This document shows positions 47,521-58,966 of a stretch of 64,000 nt of DNA, piece after piece (position 1 is the stretch's first letter; every line of letters begins with the position of its first letter). The notes beneath the pieces are model-generated. The model ran no database searches. It was not told where the DNA came from and was given only the letters and a program-made list of their open reading frames with translations. The translations under genes were made by a program, and so were the position numbers. The stretch comes from Haliotis cracherodii. Taxonomy: Eukaryota. The stretch covers positions 4,278,001 to 4,342,000 of the forward strand of contig NW_027266270.1 in assembly GCF_022045235.1 (NCBI RefSeq), given 5' to 3'.

Positions 47521-47551
<31 letters not shown>
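47255..47551. repeat. Two (GCAC)n/(CA)n microsatellites flanking a family E copy
   Basis: 47255-47305 and 47497-47551, read directly. Confidence 0.9.
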
Positions 47552-50500
47552 TGTGTGTCAGCATGTTGTGGAAGGAAAGCCAGGAGTGAGGCAGATAGGT
47601 TTTCAGCAGTAAGCTGAAACCCACGAGCTCGGGTATGATGCCAAACAAAAAACACATGACAGGGGCGATTCTATGAAGGCTTGGTCAGAGATAACAACCC
47701 ATGATATATATACGGAACCTCAGAGATAACCGTTACATTATGCATGACCGAGACAACACAAACCACAGATATCACAGCGCAAAGCTTGTCGTTATATTCA
47801 ACCCGGCCCGCCCCTCGTCCATTTGACATTAACAGGAAGAAGGGTTTTGCTAATAACATGTGCTATTGAGATACGAATTGGAATGTCTTCAATAATTACG
47901 TTACAATCTGGCTTCTATCGATCAAGCCACAAAAGAAGTGAATCTTCCCGCTTCTGTATATGAATGTGCGGCATGTTGAAAACTGGAAATGGAATATTGA
48001 AATGTCCGCGGTTAGTCCCTGATCAACTTTCGGCAAACCTCGCTGGTATTATATCAAGTTGAAAGTATGGGGTTTAAAAAAAGTTAGACTTCTGTTTGAA
48101 TTTTGTTTGTTTATGGAAGTTCCGTATTCCGATATTAAGGACAATACAAACTCCTGTGTCATATCAATGCCGTTAAGTTATTTATGTCCGTCCGCAAAGA
48201 AACGCAATCCAAACATGATGAAAGCAAAATAGAGAGTGAATCAGTTTGGTTTAACGCCGCTTTGGACGATGCTTAAGTTATTTCACGGCTTCGTGTGGGA
48301 AAAAACCCCAAATGCAATACTTAACGTTTACCAATTTGAGGAGCCGACAAGGAATCGTTATGTGGTTGAATATAGCCTCCAATAAACGGTTGAGGAATGT
48401 CCAAAGTGAAGATCTCAGATGTTTAACGTTTGGATGACAAACCAAAAATCATGAAGACGAACCTGGCCGCCAAGAAATAATTTACATTATTTCACAAATC
48501 TACTACTTTGACAAACATGTGATTGAATCTCGAAATATCTAAAAGAAGACATCGTTCAGGACCACTACCATAAGTAATAAACCCCCAGAACGTGCCCCGC
48601 CATGAATAACGGTGCGCTATCCCGCTATTCCGCCGTCACTTCTCACAGACTGATGCATGAAACAAGCAGAAGCATTACTCCCCTGACCCGAGACCCCCGG
48701 GGTATTGTATCTCATCGCTATTTCACTCCTTACGTGCCTAATAGATTACTCTTTATGGGGATACGGACATCGCAGCCCCATGGGCTCTATCACTGCGTTT
48801 CGTGAACGTCCCCCGTACCAATCAACTATCTGTATGTATTTTAACTGCAACAAACGAGTCCCTTCTGACTTGGCATGGGTCAGAGTTAGCCGCTGTAAAC
48901 AAATAAAGTACAAAATCTTTTCCTTGCTTGTTGAGAACACTGGAAGTCTTTGCTTTTGGGGGCCTTTGAAGATGTTGGTGCTTAATGCTCTACAGCAATA
49001 TAATTACAACAGTTTGTGCATTTATGATCTTGAAAACATCGAATGAAACTGCAAAGATTTTGAGGGTGTCAAAGATCATAAACGATGTATTGTCGCAGTG
49101 AAATCCTTGTAGAGTATATAACCATAGTATGTCCTGGAATAATTGTAAATTATAAAAGCAACAACACCATTTCAATGATCATATAGAAATCTCAATTGTA
49201 TGATTTCAACTACATCGTAAGAATGTGTTTACTGTGTGAATGTGAATCACTATCGCATAATAATGATGGCAAGCCAAGCGTTAAACATTGGACAGATTGC
49301 TGAAGAAAGCTATAGATTGGACATGAGTGGTCATTGATAATAGTCAATTCCTTTCGGAGATAATGAACCATTCCTTCAGTTGCAATAACTAGATAAATGT
49401 TGAGATTGCAAATAGATATGTAAAATGTTATGGACTCATTGAGATAAGATGAAAACCTATTCTGGGCAAACATATTGGGAATAATTCGCGTAACCTTAGG
49501 AAACAGGCAATAATGCAACAACAATGAATTGTAGTAATTTTCAATTTGTAGTCGTAATAAATGATTTATTCATTTCTTCAGAAAATACAATAATACTTAC
49601 TATTTCATTGTATCCTAATGAAATATCCATGTTTACCTTTGGAATATTTCTTTTTCAAAATTTGGTATTCAAAACGATCCCTTAAATTATATAAAACAGA
49701 ATTATACTTTTCGAAATATAGTTCTAATTCATGTTTAATCCGTGTTATTCAATATGGAAAAAAACCCATATCAATATATGAATATAACACAATGGACTTA
49801 GCCAACAAATAGGACCTAATACAACCGACCACGGTTACGGGTTAGATTGCGATCAACTTCGTCTGTACATAACCTAAAACACTAATCGATATCGTTATTT
49901 CTTCGTGAAAGATATTTTCCGTGGTATTGTGTCCCTATACCAATACGTCACGTTTCTTGACACCGATAATGCTAAGACAATGACTGGGCGCTGACCAGAG
50001 TGCTGATGGTGGGGTTAAAAGCAATACATTATACAACAAACATTTTAAGCATATCAGATGGGACACTTTCACTGTGTTGTGAACACACGAGCACACGTTC
50101 TACATTAAGATTAGTTTATTAGCACTCAGTCTAAAACGACTTATATTTTTGACGAAAACGTTAGGAGAATTTGTTTAGAATTGAATTAAACAAAAACGTG
50201 TGATTAGCTCATCATTAATAGACGGTTTTTGTTTTAAAGAGTTTCCGAAAAGGTCTCGCGTTAGGATTACGGCAAAGGAAAAACAATCGAAACAATCTAA
50301 ATCAACACGGTTTCAATTTCCTAGATTTTCTTTTAAAGAACGTAAGCCCTGTTGCAATCTCTGCCTGGTATAGAACGTAAGCCGCATTGCAATACGTTTC
50401 ATGGCATTTGTTTCTATCCTTCCATTCCGTTGAATAAAAAAACAATTAACAATTTTAAGAACTTTCTAATTTGCCTTTTTGCAGTAATTGAAAGCCTTCG

Positions 50501-50628
50501 AAACAACAGACACAATATCAAGACATATTGCGTATTTGTGAATTCCGTGTACATTTAATATGTCATGTTATCTGTGACAAAACGTCAAAGAATATTTCTA
50601 ATTGTTAATTGAGGAAAATGAATTAAGT

Positions 50629-50631
<3 letters not shown>

Positions 50632-50710
<79 letters not shown>
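50632..50710. repeat. (TA)n microsatellite, ~39 units
   Basis: Read directly. Confidence 0.98.
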
Positions 50711-50714
<4 letters not shown>

Positions 50715-51708
50715 CTTCTTAGCAATGATAGGAGGCGAGTAAATAAGACTGGACGCCAACCGACGAATATTGATAAGCGAATGGCGATTTTTAGTAACTC
50801 AGTTCTTGTCTCGATGCAGTAGTTATTAAAATTACCGTGAACGTGAAAAGGAAATTTAGAAATAACGAGCTGATTTTAACTGTCCTCATGCGCTGGTTAG
50901 AATAATGCCCCAGTGTTTACTTCGCGGAGAAACAAAGACGACCTGTCTTACAACTGCTCCTAACCACGAGGCCGGATGATTAACGACATAAACAGCCTGC
51001 CACTGTCTCCAGATATCCTACAAATTGGCCTAAGATGTTCATCCTTGAGTACATAATGAATGTTGGTATGGAATTGTTTACACCAACCATTGATCGCAGG
51101 AAGATAATCTAAACGAACCCTATACATCAGGAGAGTTAATTAAGACGAATTTTTATAATATTCGCGCCGGTGTCACTTGATAGGCATGGGTAATATAGGG
51201 TAGGTATTATTTTCGTATATACCTCTGAGATTGGATTCATAGTGGGGAGACTTGAATTTCAAATTAGGGTTCATTTGTTTTCTTTGTAAATATAATTACC
51301 GTTGAAACCTTGTTAGGAAAGTTTCTTTCAGCAAGAGGTTTCCACGTCGAGTATTAATTATTGATTGGTTAAATGAAACTTTATTTCTTCAGCTAGTGCA
51401 CACAACGAGATAGAAGTACATAGCATGAGAATTATCTTTTTAAATGGTAAACGTGCTGCACCAGAATAGATTTTGTTAGCGTTTTATTCAATATGGACAA
51501 AACAATACCAAAATATTTAACACAATGGACAGTGACAACAAATACAACCCTAAACAACCGAACGTGGTTTAGGGTTAGATCACAAACAGCCGCGTCTCTT
51601 AATATCCTTCAAAATAATCGATATCGCTATTTTTGTGTGAAAGATAATTGTTCATGTCGAGTTAAATATTTTGGGTGTGGAGGTGTGCGGAGGGGGCTGT
51701 GATTTTTG

Positions 51709-51872
51709 TTGCAAACAAGATATTTCAAACCATGAATGATTTCTGTGAAAACCAAAAATTCAAAACATTTCTAAGACATCCGACACGTCTTAAAAATGTT
51801 TGGAAATTTGTTTTGTTTTCACAGAAATCATTCATGGTTTGAAGCAGTGACCGAAAAATATCTTGTTTGCAA
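51709..51872. repeat. Long inverted repeat (hairpin), probably internal to a MITE
   Basis: TTGCAAACAAGATATTT / AAATATCTTGTTTGCAA, TTCAAACCATGAATGATTTCTGTGAAAAC / GTTTTCACAGAAATCATTCATGGTTTGAA and AAACATTT.TAAGAC / GTCTTA.AAATGTTT. Confidence 0.9.
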
Positions 51873-52255
51873 TCTTTGTTTTGTAAAACCTGAGGTCGAT
51901 CTTTCCAATTTTAGTCTGGAAAAAATTATCTGTTTAAAACAAACGTCCTTGCCCACTCCCAGTACATGAAATGGTCGGTCTCCTAGAAATATGAAACCAT
52001 TACCCTGATCTGACCTTGTGTGCGTGTAGAAATAGACTTGGTGAGCGATGCTCTGTGTGAACGTTATGTGTGTGAAGGCCTATCTCCGAGACTGTGGTTA
52101 GCTCCTCTGCTTATATCACGGCGTTCTGTACATGTTGGAGTATGGACTTAACAAACCAGTGACTGACAGCATGAGCAATCTCACATGATGACACACAATC
52201 AACCAAGTTGCTGAATCCGAAAATCCGATTGCATTTAATCGACTCTTGCAGGAAG

Positions 52256-52405
52256 GGGAGGTGAGGTAGCCTAGTGGTTAATGCGTTCTCTCGTCACGCT
52301 GAAGGTCAGGGTTCGATTGGGTTCAATGTGTGAAACCCATTTCTGGTGTCCCCCGCCGTGAATTTGCCGGAATATTGCTAAAAGCGGCGTAAAACAATAC
52401 TCACA
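52256..52405 (+). mobile_element. SINE family A, full length (inserted next to a degraded family C copy at ~52100-52250)
   Basis: GGTAGCCTAGTGGTTAA.GCGTTC.CTCGTCACGC.GAAG..GGGTTCGATT..AATGTGTGAA.CCCATTTCTGGTGTCCCCCGCCGTGA..GGAATATTGCTAAAAGCGGCGTAAAAC. Confidence 0.92.
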
Positions 52406-52594
52406 GGCAAATAGAGTGCTGGAGACCTATCATCACCCGGGTCTCCACGGGGCCTTATTCTGATGCTTCTCAATATATGACTTGCTACATACGGACGGGT
52501 TGACTGTTTTTTGACGGATTGGCTCGTGTGTTAAATAAGGTTTCACAATACTGATGCTTGTGTGTTCTCTGGCATTGACGTCTTATATTGACAA

Positions 52595-52996
52595 AAGGCT
52601 CGACTGCATTGATGCTTGTTCTTGTTGGCCGATATTTGACAGACTTACTCTTGTGTTACAGAAGGCTCGACTGCATTCATGCTTGTCCTTGTTTGCCGTT
52701 ATTTGACAGACTGACTCTTGTGTTACAGAAGGCTTGACTGCATTGATACTTGTCCTTGTTGGCCGATATTTGACAGACTTACTCTTGTGTTACAGAAGGC
52801 TTGGCTGCATTGATACTTGTCCGTGTTGGCCGATATTTGACAGACTTACTCTTGTGTTACAGAAGGCTCGACTGCATTCATGCTCGTCCGTGTTGGCCGA
52901 TATTTGACAGACTTACCCTTGTGTTACAGAAGGCTCGACTGCATTGATACTTGTCCGTGTTGGCCATTATTTGACAGATTTACTCTTGTGTTACAG
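52595..52996 (+). repeat. 67-bp minisatellite x6, each unit ending in a 3' splice site
   Basis: Unit AAGGCTCGACTGCATTGATRCTTGTCCKTGTTGGCCGATATTTGACAGACTTACTCTTGTGTTACAG. The AGs end at 52661, 52728, 52795, 52862, 52929 and 52996. Confidence 0.95.
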
Positions 52997-53035
52997 AAGG
53001 GTCCCCTGTTCCGTGGTCTAGCAGAAGGCCAAGTT

Positions 53036-53159
53036 ATGCGGCCCTGGACATCTGTAGCCCTGCTGGCAGTCGTGCTCATCAAGTGGATCAGCTGCATCAA
53101 CGGCTTCAGCGACTTCTGCAACAAACCCGTCAACTCCAGAATCTGTGCAATCCTGAGCG
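53036..53159 (+). CDS. FMRFa: FMRFamide neuropeptide precursor, first coding (signal peptide) exon; exon probably 52997-53159, followed by a phase-1 intron
   Basis: MRPWTSVALLAVVLIKWISCINGFSDFCNKPVNSRICAILS(G): a signal peptide followed by a two-Cys spacer, with strong GC3 bias, acceptor TTACAG| and donor G|GTAAGA. From memory it closely resembles gastropod FMRFamide precursor N-termini (Aplysia MRPWCQLALLACLSLKWLT.., Lymnaea MKTWSHVALLACLSIKWLT..). No FMRF/FLRF-encoding exon was seen in the window. Confidence 0.85.
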
Positions 53160-53783
53160 GTAAGATGCCAACTTCTCACATTCAAAAGAAGCCTGACAAT
53201 CGGAACATAATTTTGTATTTTCTCAAAAGTATTCATTCCGAAAACGTGTCTGTGTTTACTAATTGATATGACGATTAAATCGCATGGAGCAAATGATAAC
53301 GTCATAAAACTGAGAACCAGAAAGGTCGCTGCGTCGATATTTGACAATATCGAAAAGGAACAGGGATAAACTAGTGGATGTATGTTAAATGAAATCCATT
53401 AGTATGTATTCAACTCTCCTATGACATACATTACTGATTTCGTTGGGTTAAAAAGTACACGCTAAAAGATTCTTCCAGTATATTAGTTCAGATGTTAATA
53501 TTGGGAAAGCGATATTGTCGTGGGTCCAAATGAAAAGAAATGTGGAAATTGCAAAACAATTTCGATAATGACCTGTTTTAGGATGGGGGAGTTCATAAAT
53601 AAAATGAACGAATATCCCACCCTTTGCATGTCAAGTCAAAGAGTTACTCCAGTTCATATATTAAGCGAAGAGAAAACGTCATAAAAGAATGCCCAAAAGA
53701 ATAAGAATGGTATTTGATGTCATTTAATGATTTTTGTGTCATGTGGGCATTGTTAACTTACAATTTGTTGGCTTCCGCACCGG

Positions 53784-53870
53784 CACAGACACAGAGACAG
53801 ACACTGACACACACACTCACACTCACACTCACACGCACACACACGCACGCACACTCACAGGCACACACAG
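53784..53870. repeat. Compound (CA)/(CACACT) microsatellite
   Basis: Read directly. Confidence 0.85.
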
Positions 53871-54569
53871 TCAGGCCTCTGCAAAAAGAGGGATGTTTGA
53901 GGCTCATTGGTGGTATTGAATTGCGTCCCTTGTTCATACCTATCCAATATTTGCCTCAATAACCGCCCTTGATTTCCCAGCACCATACACGTGCTTGTAG
54001 GTTTTACCAAAGGGGTACACTTCAGCGATCGGCGTTACTTCTCCCTCGATACGCTAAAAGGCAGCGGTGACATTGAAACACTGCTCAAAGCGTGTTAAGC
54101 TCACCTCACACATTTTTAGCATCGTTGCTTCAACTCACACGTTTAACACTAGAATGTCTCTTACCAATATTTTATAATCTGCTTCTATGCTAGGGCACCG
54201 GTTTCCCAATCGTCCCATGCACTGCAATTAGCTGTGCAGATTTGCATCCCTTGGGTGTGCTATAAAGCTATGATCGTTGTTTCTTTGTTTCTAAGCACCA
54301 TACCCGTGCTCGTGGTTTTCATGAAAGTGGTAAAAGTCATAGACCTCCACAGCTGACACGCCGTTATATTACTGAAATACTGTTTAAAGAGGCGTAAAAA
54401 CTCACTCACTCATTCACTACCTCAATGCTTAAATATATACTGCTACAGCTTAACGAATGGTGTACTTGTATATGTCACTTGTCCACATTAGACATGCTAC
54501 TGATGTAATGAGATGACTGACTTTGATTTGATTGCAATGCAGTAAATATCCAATAACAGGCAGTAGTCA

Positions 54570-54785
54570 TCTCAGTGGGCTTGAAGCAACCACGCTTAGT
54601 GTAAGAGGCGACTAACGGCATCGGGTGGTCAGGCTCTCTGACTCGGTTAATCGTATCCCAATCGCGTAGAATGATACTCATGATGTCAATCACTGGATTG
54701 TCTGGTCCAGACTCGATAATTTCAGACAGCCGTCATATAGCTGGAATATTGCTGGGTGCGGCGTTAAACAACAAACAAACAACCA
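54570..54785 (+). mobile_element. SINE family C
   Basis: GTAAGAGGCGACTAACGG.ATCGGGTGGTCAGGCTC..CACTGGATTGTCTGGTCCAGACTCGAT..ATAGCTGGAATATTGCTG.GTGCGGCGTTAAAC(AAAC)n. Inverted copies lie at ~28120 and ~52100. Confidence 0.8.
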
Positions 54786-55063
54786 AGGGGCTTGTTATCT
54801 CGACCTTATAGCTGGACTTGTTTTCTACAAATCTCAATGTCATTCTGTTCTGGTTTATGAATATGAAAAAACTATTTTTCAACGACACTGCGACCATGAA
54901 AAACAATAATCAAAAACACAATAAAACAACAACACACTGTCAGGAAACCGAATGTGTAGTTACAACATAGTACAAAATCCCAATATTTCATTTTCAACGT
55001 TCTAGGCGTAGATTAACGTATGACCTACGGTTCTATGTACTTCTTGTTGCAACATCGATGTTG

Positions 55064-55472
55064 CTGAAACGTCATTATTTCTGAAACGTCAGTGTCGTTT
55101 GAACGTTTTTATCACTGAAACGTTATTGTCGTTGAAACGTCATTATTACTGAAACGTTATAGTCGTTGAAACGTTATCATTACTGAAACGTTATTGGCGT
55201 TCAACGTTATTATTACTGAAACGTTATTGTCGTTGAAACGTCATTACTACTGAAACGTTATTGACGTTGAAACGTTATTATTACTGAAACGTTATTGGCG
55301 TTCAACGTTATTATTACTGAAACGTTATTGTCGTTGAAACGTTATTGTTACTAAAACGTTATTGTCGTTGAAACGTCATTATTGCTAAAACGTTATTGCC
55401 GTTGAAACGTTATTATTACTGAAACCTTATTGTCGTTGAAACGTCATTATTACTGAAACGTTATTGTCGTTG
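55064..55472. repeat. 33-bp higher-order minisatellite of alternating 16/17-bp subunits, ~12 units
   Basis: Alternating TGAAACGTTATTGTCGT and TGAAACGT(C/T)ATTATTAC. Confidence 0.92.
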
Positions 55473-56383
55473 AGAGACTGAGCTTCACGACACTATCCGT
55501 ATACAGAACCGAACTTAGCTCTTAACCGAAAGAGCGAAAGCTTTAGCTACAAGGCCACACCACCGCACCATTGTTTCAGATGGAGCCATTTACACACTCA
55601 AACCAACCACTCACTCCAAATTATCTCTGTCAGGTAATGTCAAAACACATAGATTGTACCGTGCCTATTACCTCTTAATAAGGTCAGTTTTACATTTTTA
55701 TCGACATGAATTCCTTTATCTCTTATAAAATCACAAGCGGTGTCCGGTCCATGGAATCATTGCCTGCACGTTAATGTATCGTTGCATTTTGCATAATGAG
55801 AGGCGGTTATCCTGAGGCCCAAGCGTCATTGTTCCATCATCGCGTGTAAATGCATTTGAACTGCCAGCTCTAATTTGTAGGTTTTGTTTCAGACGTGTTA
55901 AGATGATATTTGTGGACGAAGAAAGCGTGAAATGACATATGTTATTATTTCATCACAACAGAGTCTGTTTGATGGCGTTCTCATTCAGAACCAATGTGCT
56001 TCAGTATTGAAGTGTTTCCAGTGGAACTGTGTTTTAAGGCCGTTGGGTTCATGCTGAGATCTCTTTGAACCAGCTATCTTCAGTTCTATACTCCAACATA
56101 ATTTGGATCAATGTGGTTCGTCATCAATTTCTTATATATTCACTTATGCTTTCGTAAGTGACCCAAGAAAATGCCTGACTTTCTATCGCTAAACTAATTT
56201 TACCACGATGATAACAGGTTGATTTTCATTTCATATTTTCAAATATTAAGTTAAACTACATAGACAATATTATCTCAGCATTAAAGCCACTCCATTGTCA
56301 TCAACTGGCAATATATGACATCTTCTAATATATTCTACTCAACTTTGATAAGAATATTTCTATGATTCCACGACATACCAATA

Positions 56384-56545
56384 CAGTTTAAAATGAACAC
56401 GCACATAACGAACTGACTGATATAACTTATTTTTTAGTCCCGTGAATTTGTTGTACATATGCTGTAAATATGCTTATAACGAACTACTGTTATCACGAAC
56501 TTAAATTTGTGGTCCCTTTGAGTTCGTTATAATCGTAGTTTACTG
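56384..56545. mobile_element. pogo/Tigger-like MITE
   Basis: TA-CAGT...ACTG-TA ends. ATAACGAAC occurs near the left end and internally, with GTTCGTTAT near the right end. Confidence 0.65.
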
Positions 56546-57837
56546 TACTTTATATATGAAGTGTAGGTATTTTCAGTTTTAGCATCATGTATGGAAGCCA
56601 GTAGAGACTTCTAAGAGGAAGTGGCTTAGGTGGTTCAGTCGTCTAAGACGTCGCAATTCGTTGTGCAGAGTTGCGTCCCTTACGCGTAGAAGTATCCTAA
56701 GATTTGTCGCACAAATACCAAATTAGCACTGATTATTAATCTCTATTTTTGTGGGTTCACAAAGTGGTACACTCAGACCTCCATCACTTCAGTCTTTCCA
56801 CCAGTTTTTCGCTAACACCCAGGATTACAACTGCAATACTTTCAAAATCGGTGTTGAGCCGCGCGCTCTCTCGCCCACTCTGAGTGAGAGCCAGTAAACC
56901 TATATCAGATTCTATAAAACAAACAATATTCTTAACTCGTTGTCTTGCAAAATGGTTCTGCGTGATCAACTATTTATATCACTGCAAGGTCAAATGTATT
57001 AGAAAACGTACATGGTAACACCTAAGTCTTTAATCATTTTCAGTCAAGAAAGGATTAACAAACAGTTTTACCGCACCCCTATTCGTTCGTGTTATGTGTG
57101 ACGCTTATAGAATGGCATCACTGCATCTTGCACAAACCCGTGGCACGACCATAGAACCTCTCCAGCAGCACAACGTATCATGTCCCAGACATACAATTCA
57201 CGCAAAACACATTTTCAATGAAACCATCGTTTATGTTCCTCTTAATGCCATTATGATCCTGACAATCCAGTTCCTGAACTATTTCTATAGCTGTAATTCA
57301 CACATCTAAAGAGATGCAGCGAAAATGTGGTTAGGAAAAACAAAATATAACATATCAAGTTTCTGTTCTTTCGTCATAGCTCAAAACACAAGTGAGGAGA
57401 AGTCGTGAGACAATTACTTTTGTTGTTATTCAGAACAAGATCCCTTTGCAATTACCAGACAGGCTTCGTCTTTCTAGCATTAGACCAGGGCTTGGTTACG
57501 TGTGATATTCTACAGGAATCCCCGAACACCCAATAAACGTCAGCTTTACAACACAAACGTAGGCTGATCGATACAATGTCCCAAGATTCACAATAGCTTG
57601 ATGGGCGTGGGGTACGTAATAGGGCTTAGACGCTGGTACTCAAAAGTCAAAATACATCTACCATTGGCGGCTGATGTAAGGCATTGTGTATTTTTTTAGT
57701 TTTTGGTTTACGGATCCGCCGACAATAGATACCAAAAATGTTAGAAAGAATTTTATTATTGTTTGAAGTTTTTTGAACCATTAACGCCTTTCCTGATAAT
57801 CAAGCGTATGTATAAGAAATCTGCCTCACAGAGACAG

Positions 57838-57997
57838 GTGAGTGGTTATTGTTTTGTGCCGCTTTTCGCACTATTCCAGTATCCCACGGGGGTGGACAAC
57901 AGTATTGCACCCACATGTTGTACCCATGTGGGGAATAGAACCTTGGCCTTCGGCGTGACGAGCGAACACTTTAACCACTAGGCTACCCCACCGCCCC
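57838..57997 (-). mobile_element. SINE family A
   Basis: TGTACCCATGTGGGGAAT.GAACC..CTTCGGCGTGACGAGCGAAC.CTTTAACCACTAGGCTACCCCACCGCCCC. Confidence 0.88.
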
Positions 57998-58555
57998 TGT
58001 GACAAGTGGTACATGCTCAATACTTCATCGATTCTCAGGTCAAGGCATTGCTGTTAAATCTAAAACATTCCTGTCATATTAAACAAAAAAAATCACAACG
58101 TAAATAGAGAATTTTCTTTTTCTCATTCTACTGATTCTGTATTCTTACATAAACGAGGGAATTAATGAACAATGTACTTAAAGTTTTCATCAAAGCTCTT
58201 GAGAAAAAAATCCGTGAAGCAATCAATAAATTAATGTTACTACCAGGTTTAAGGACCGGAAAGCTATGCCATGCCATGTACATATACCACCATGCTACGA
58301 CAAAATATAGAAGCATCTTCAATGTGACAATGACCAAATGACATTCGACAGCGCGTGGCGTGGTGGCCTTGGAGACGATCTCATGAAAACAACTTCAAAG
58401 GCGAACAGATAAATCGAGAACATTTTGGTACCGAAAATTTGGTTTTAGGGGATAGAGATCTCCCAAATCTCAGGTTCTGTAAGATTTCCATGGTAATAAT
58501 TGTGTTGTAATAACAGTATTAAGACACTAATTGTTTTTTTATAGTTAGATTCAAG

Positions 58556-58966
58556 TAGGGCTGTGACGAGTCCAAATTTACTACCCGGGTACCCACCCTT
58601 CTATTACCCGACCCGACCTGAGTACCCGCTGTAGTTCTCAGGAGATGTCTCAAAATGTCCGATTGGGAACATTTTTAGAATAGCCCTGGCAAAACGTATT
58701 TAGATACATGTATTAAACAATCTGGTCATTCATACACTGAAGTTGAATTAAGTTATATCTTTATTCCATCATAAGAAAAATCAGAAGGAATGGGTGCATA
58801 GTCAGAAAGAAATGCGAACATTCGTGACTTGTAGCGTAACCATAGTGTTTTAGATAATTTTTGTCAATAAACAATATATCACGTGACTAACCACGGGTCC
58901 GGGTAGTCCCGGGTCCTACACAGTACCCACCCGACCCGGGTACCCGAGTTACCCGCCCCAGCCCTA
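58556..58966. mobile_element. hAT-family MITE, 411 bp
   Basis: Perfect 8-bp TSD GATTCAAG (58548-58555, 58967-58974), TIR TAGGGCTG...CAGCCCTA, and subterminal ACCCG/CGGGT repeats at both ends. Confidence 0.93.

Noticed and set aside
53160-53266. Continuation of the 128-aa ORF past the signal-peptide region
   Set aside because: It follows a G|GTAAGA donor and codon bias collapses, so it is intronic.
55740-56130. Further Tc1-like transposase remnant on the minus strand
   Set aside because: Only vague motif resemblance (INVQAMIPWTG) and no TIR, so not supportable without a search.
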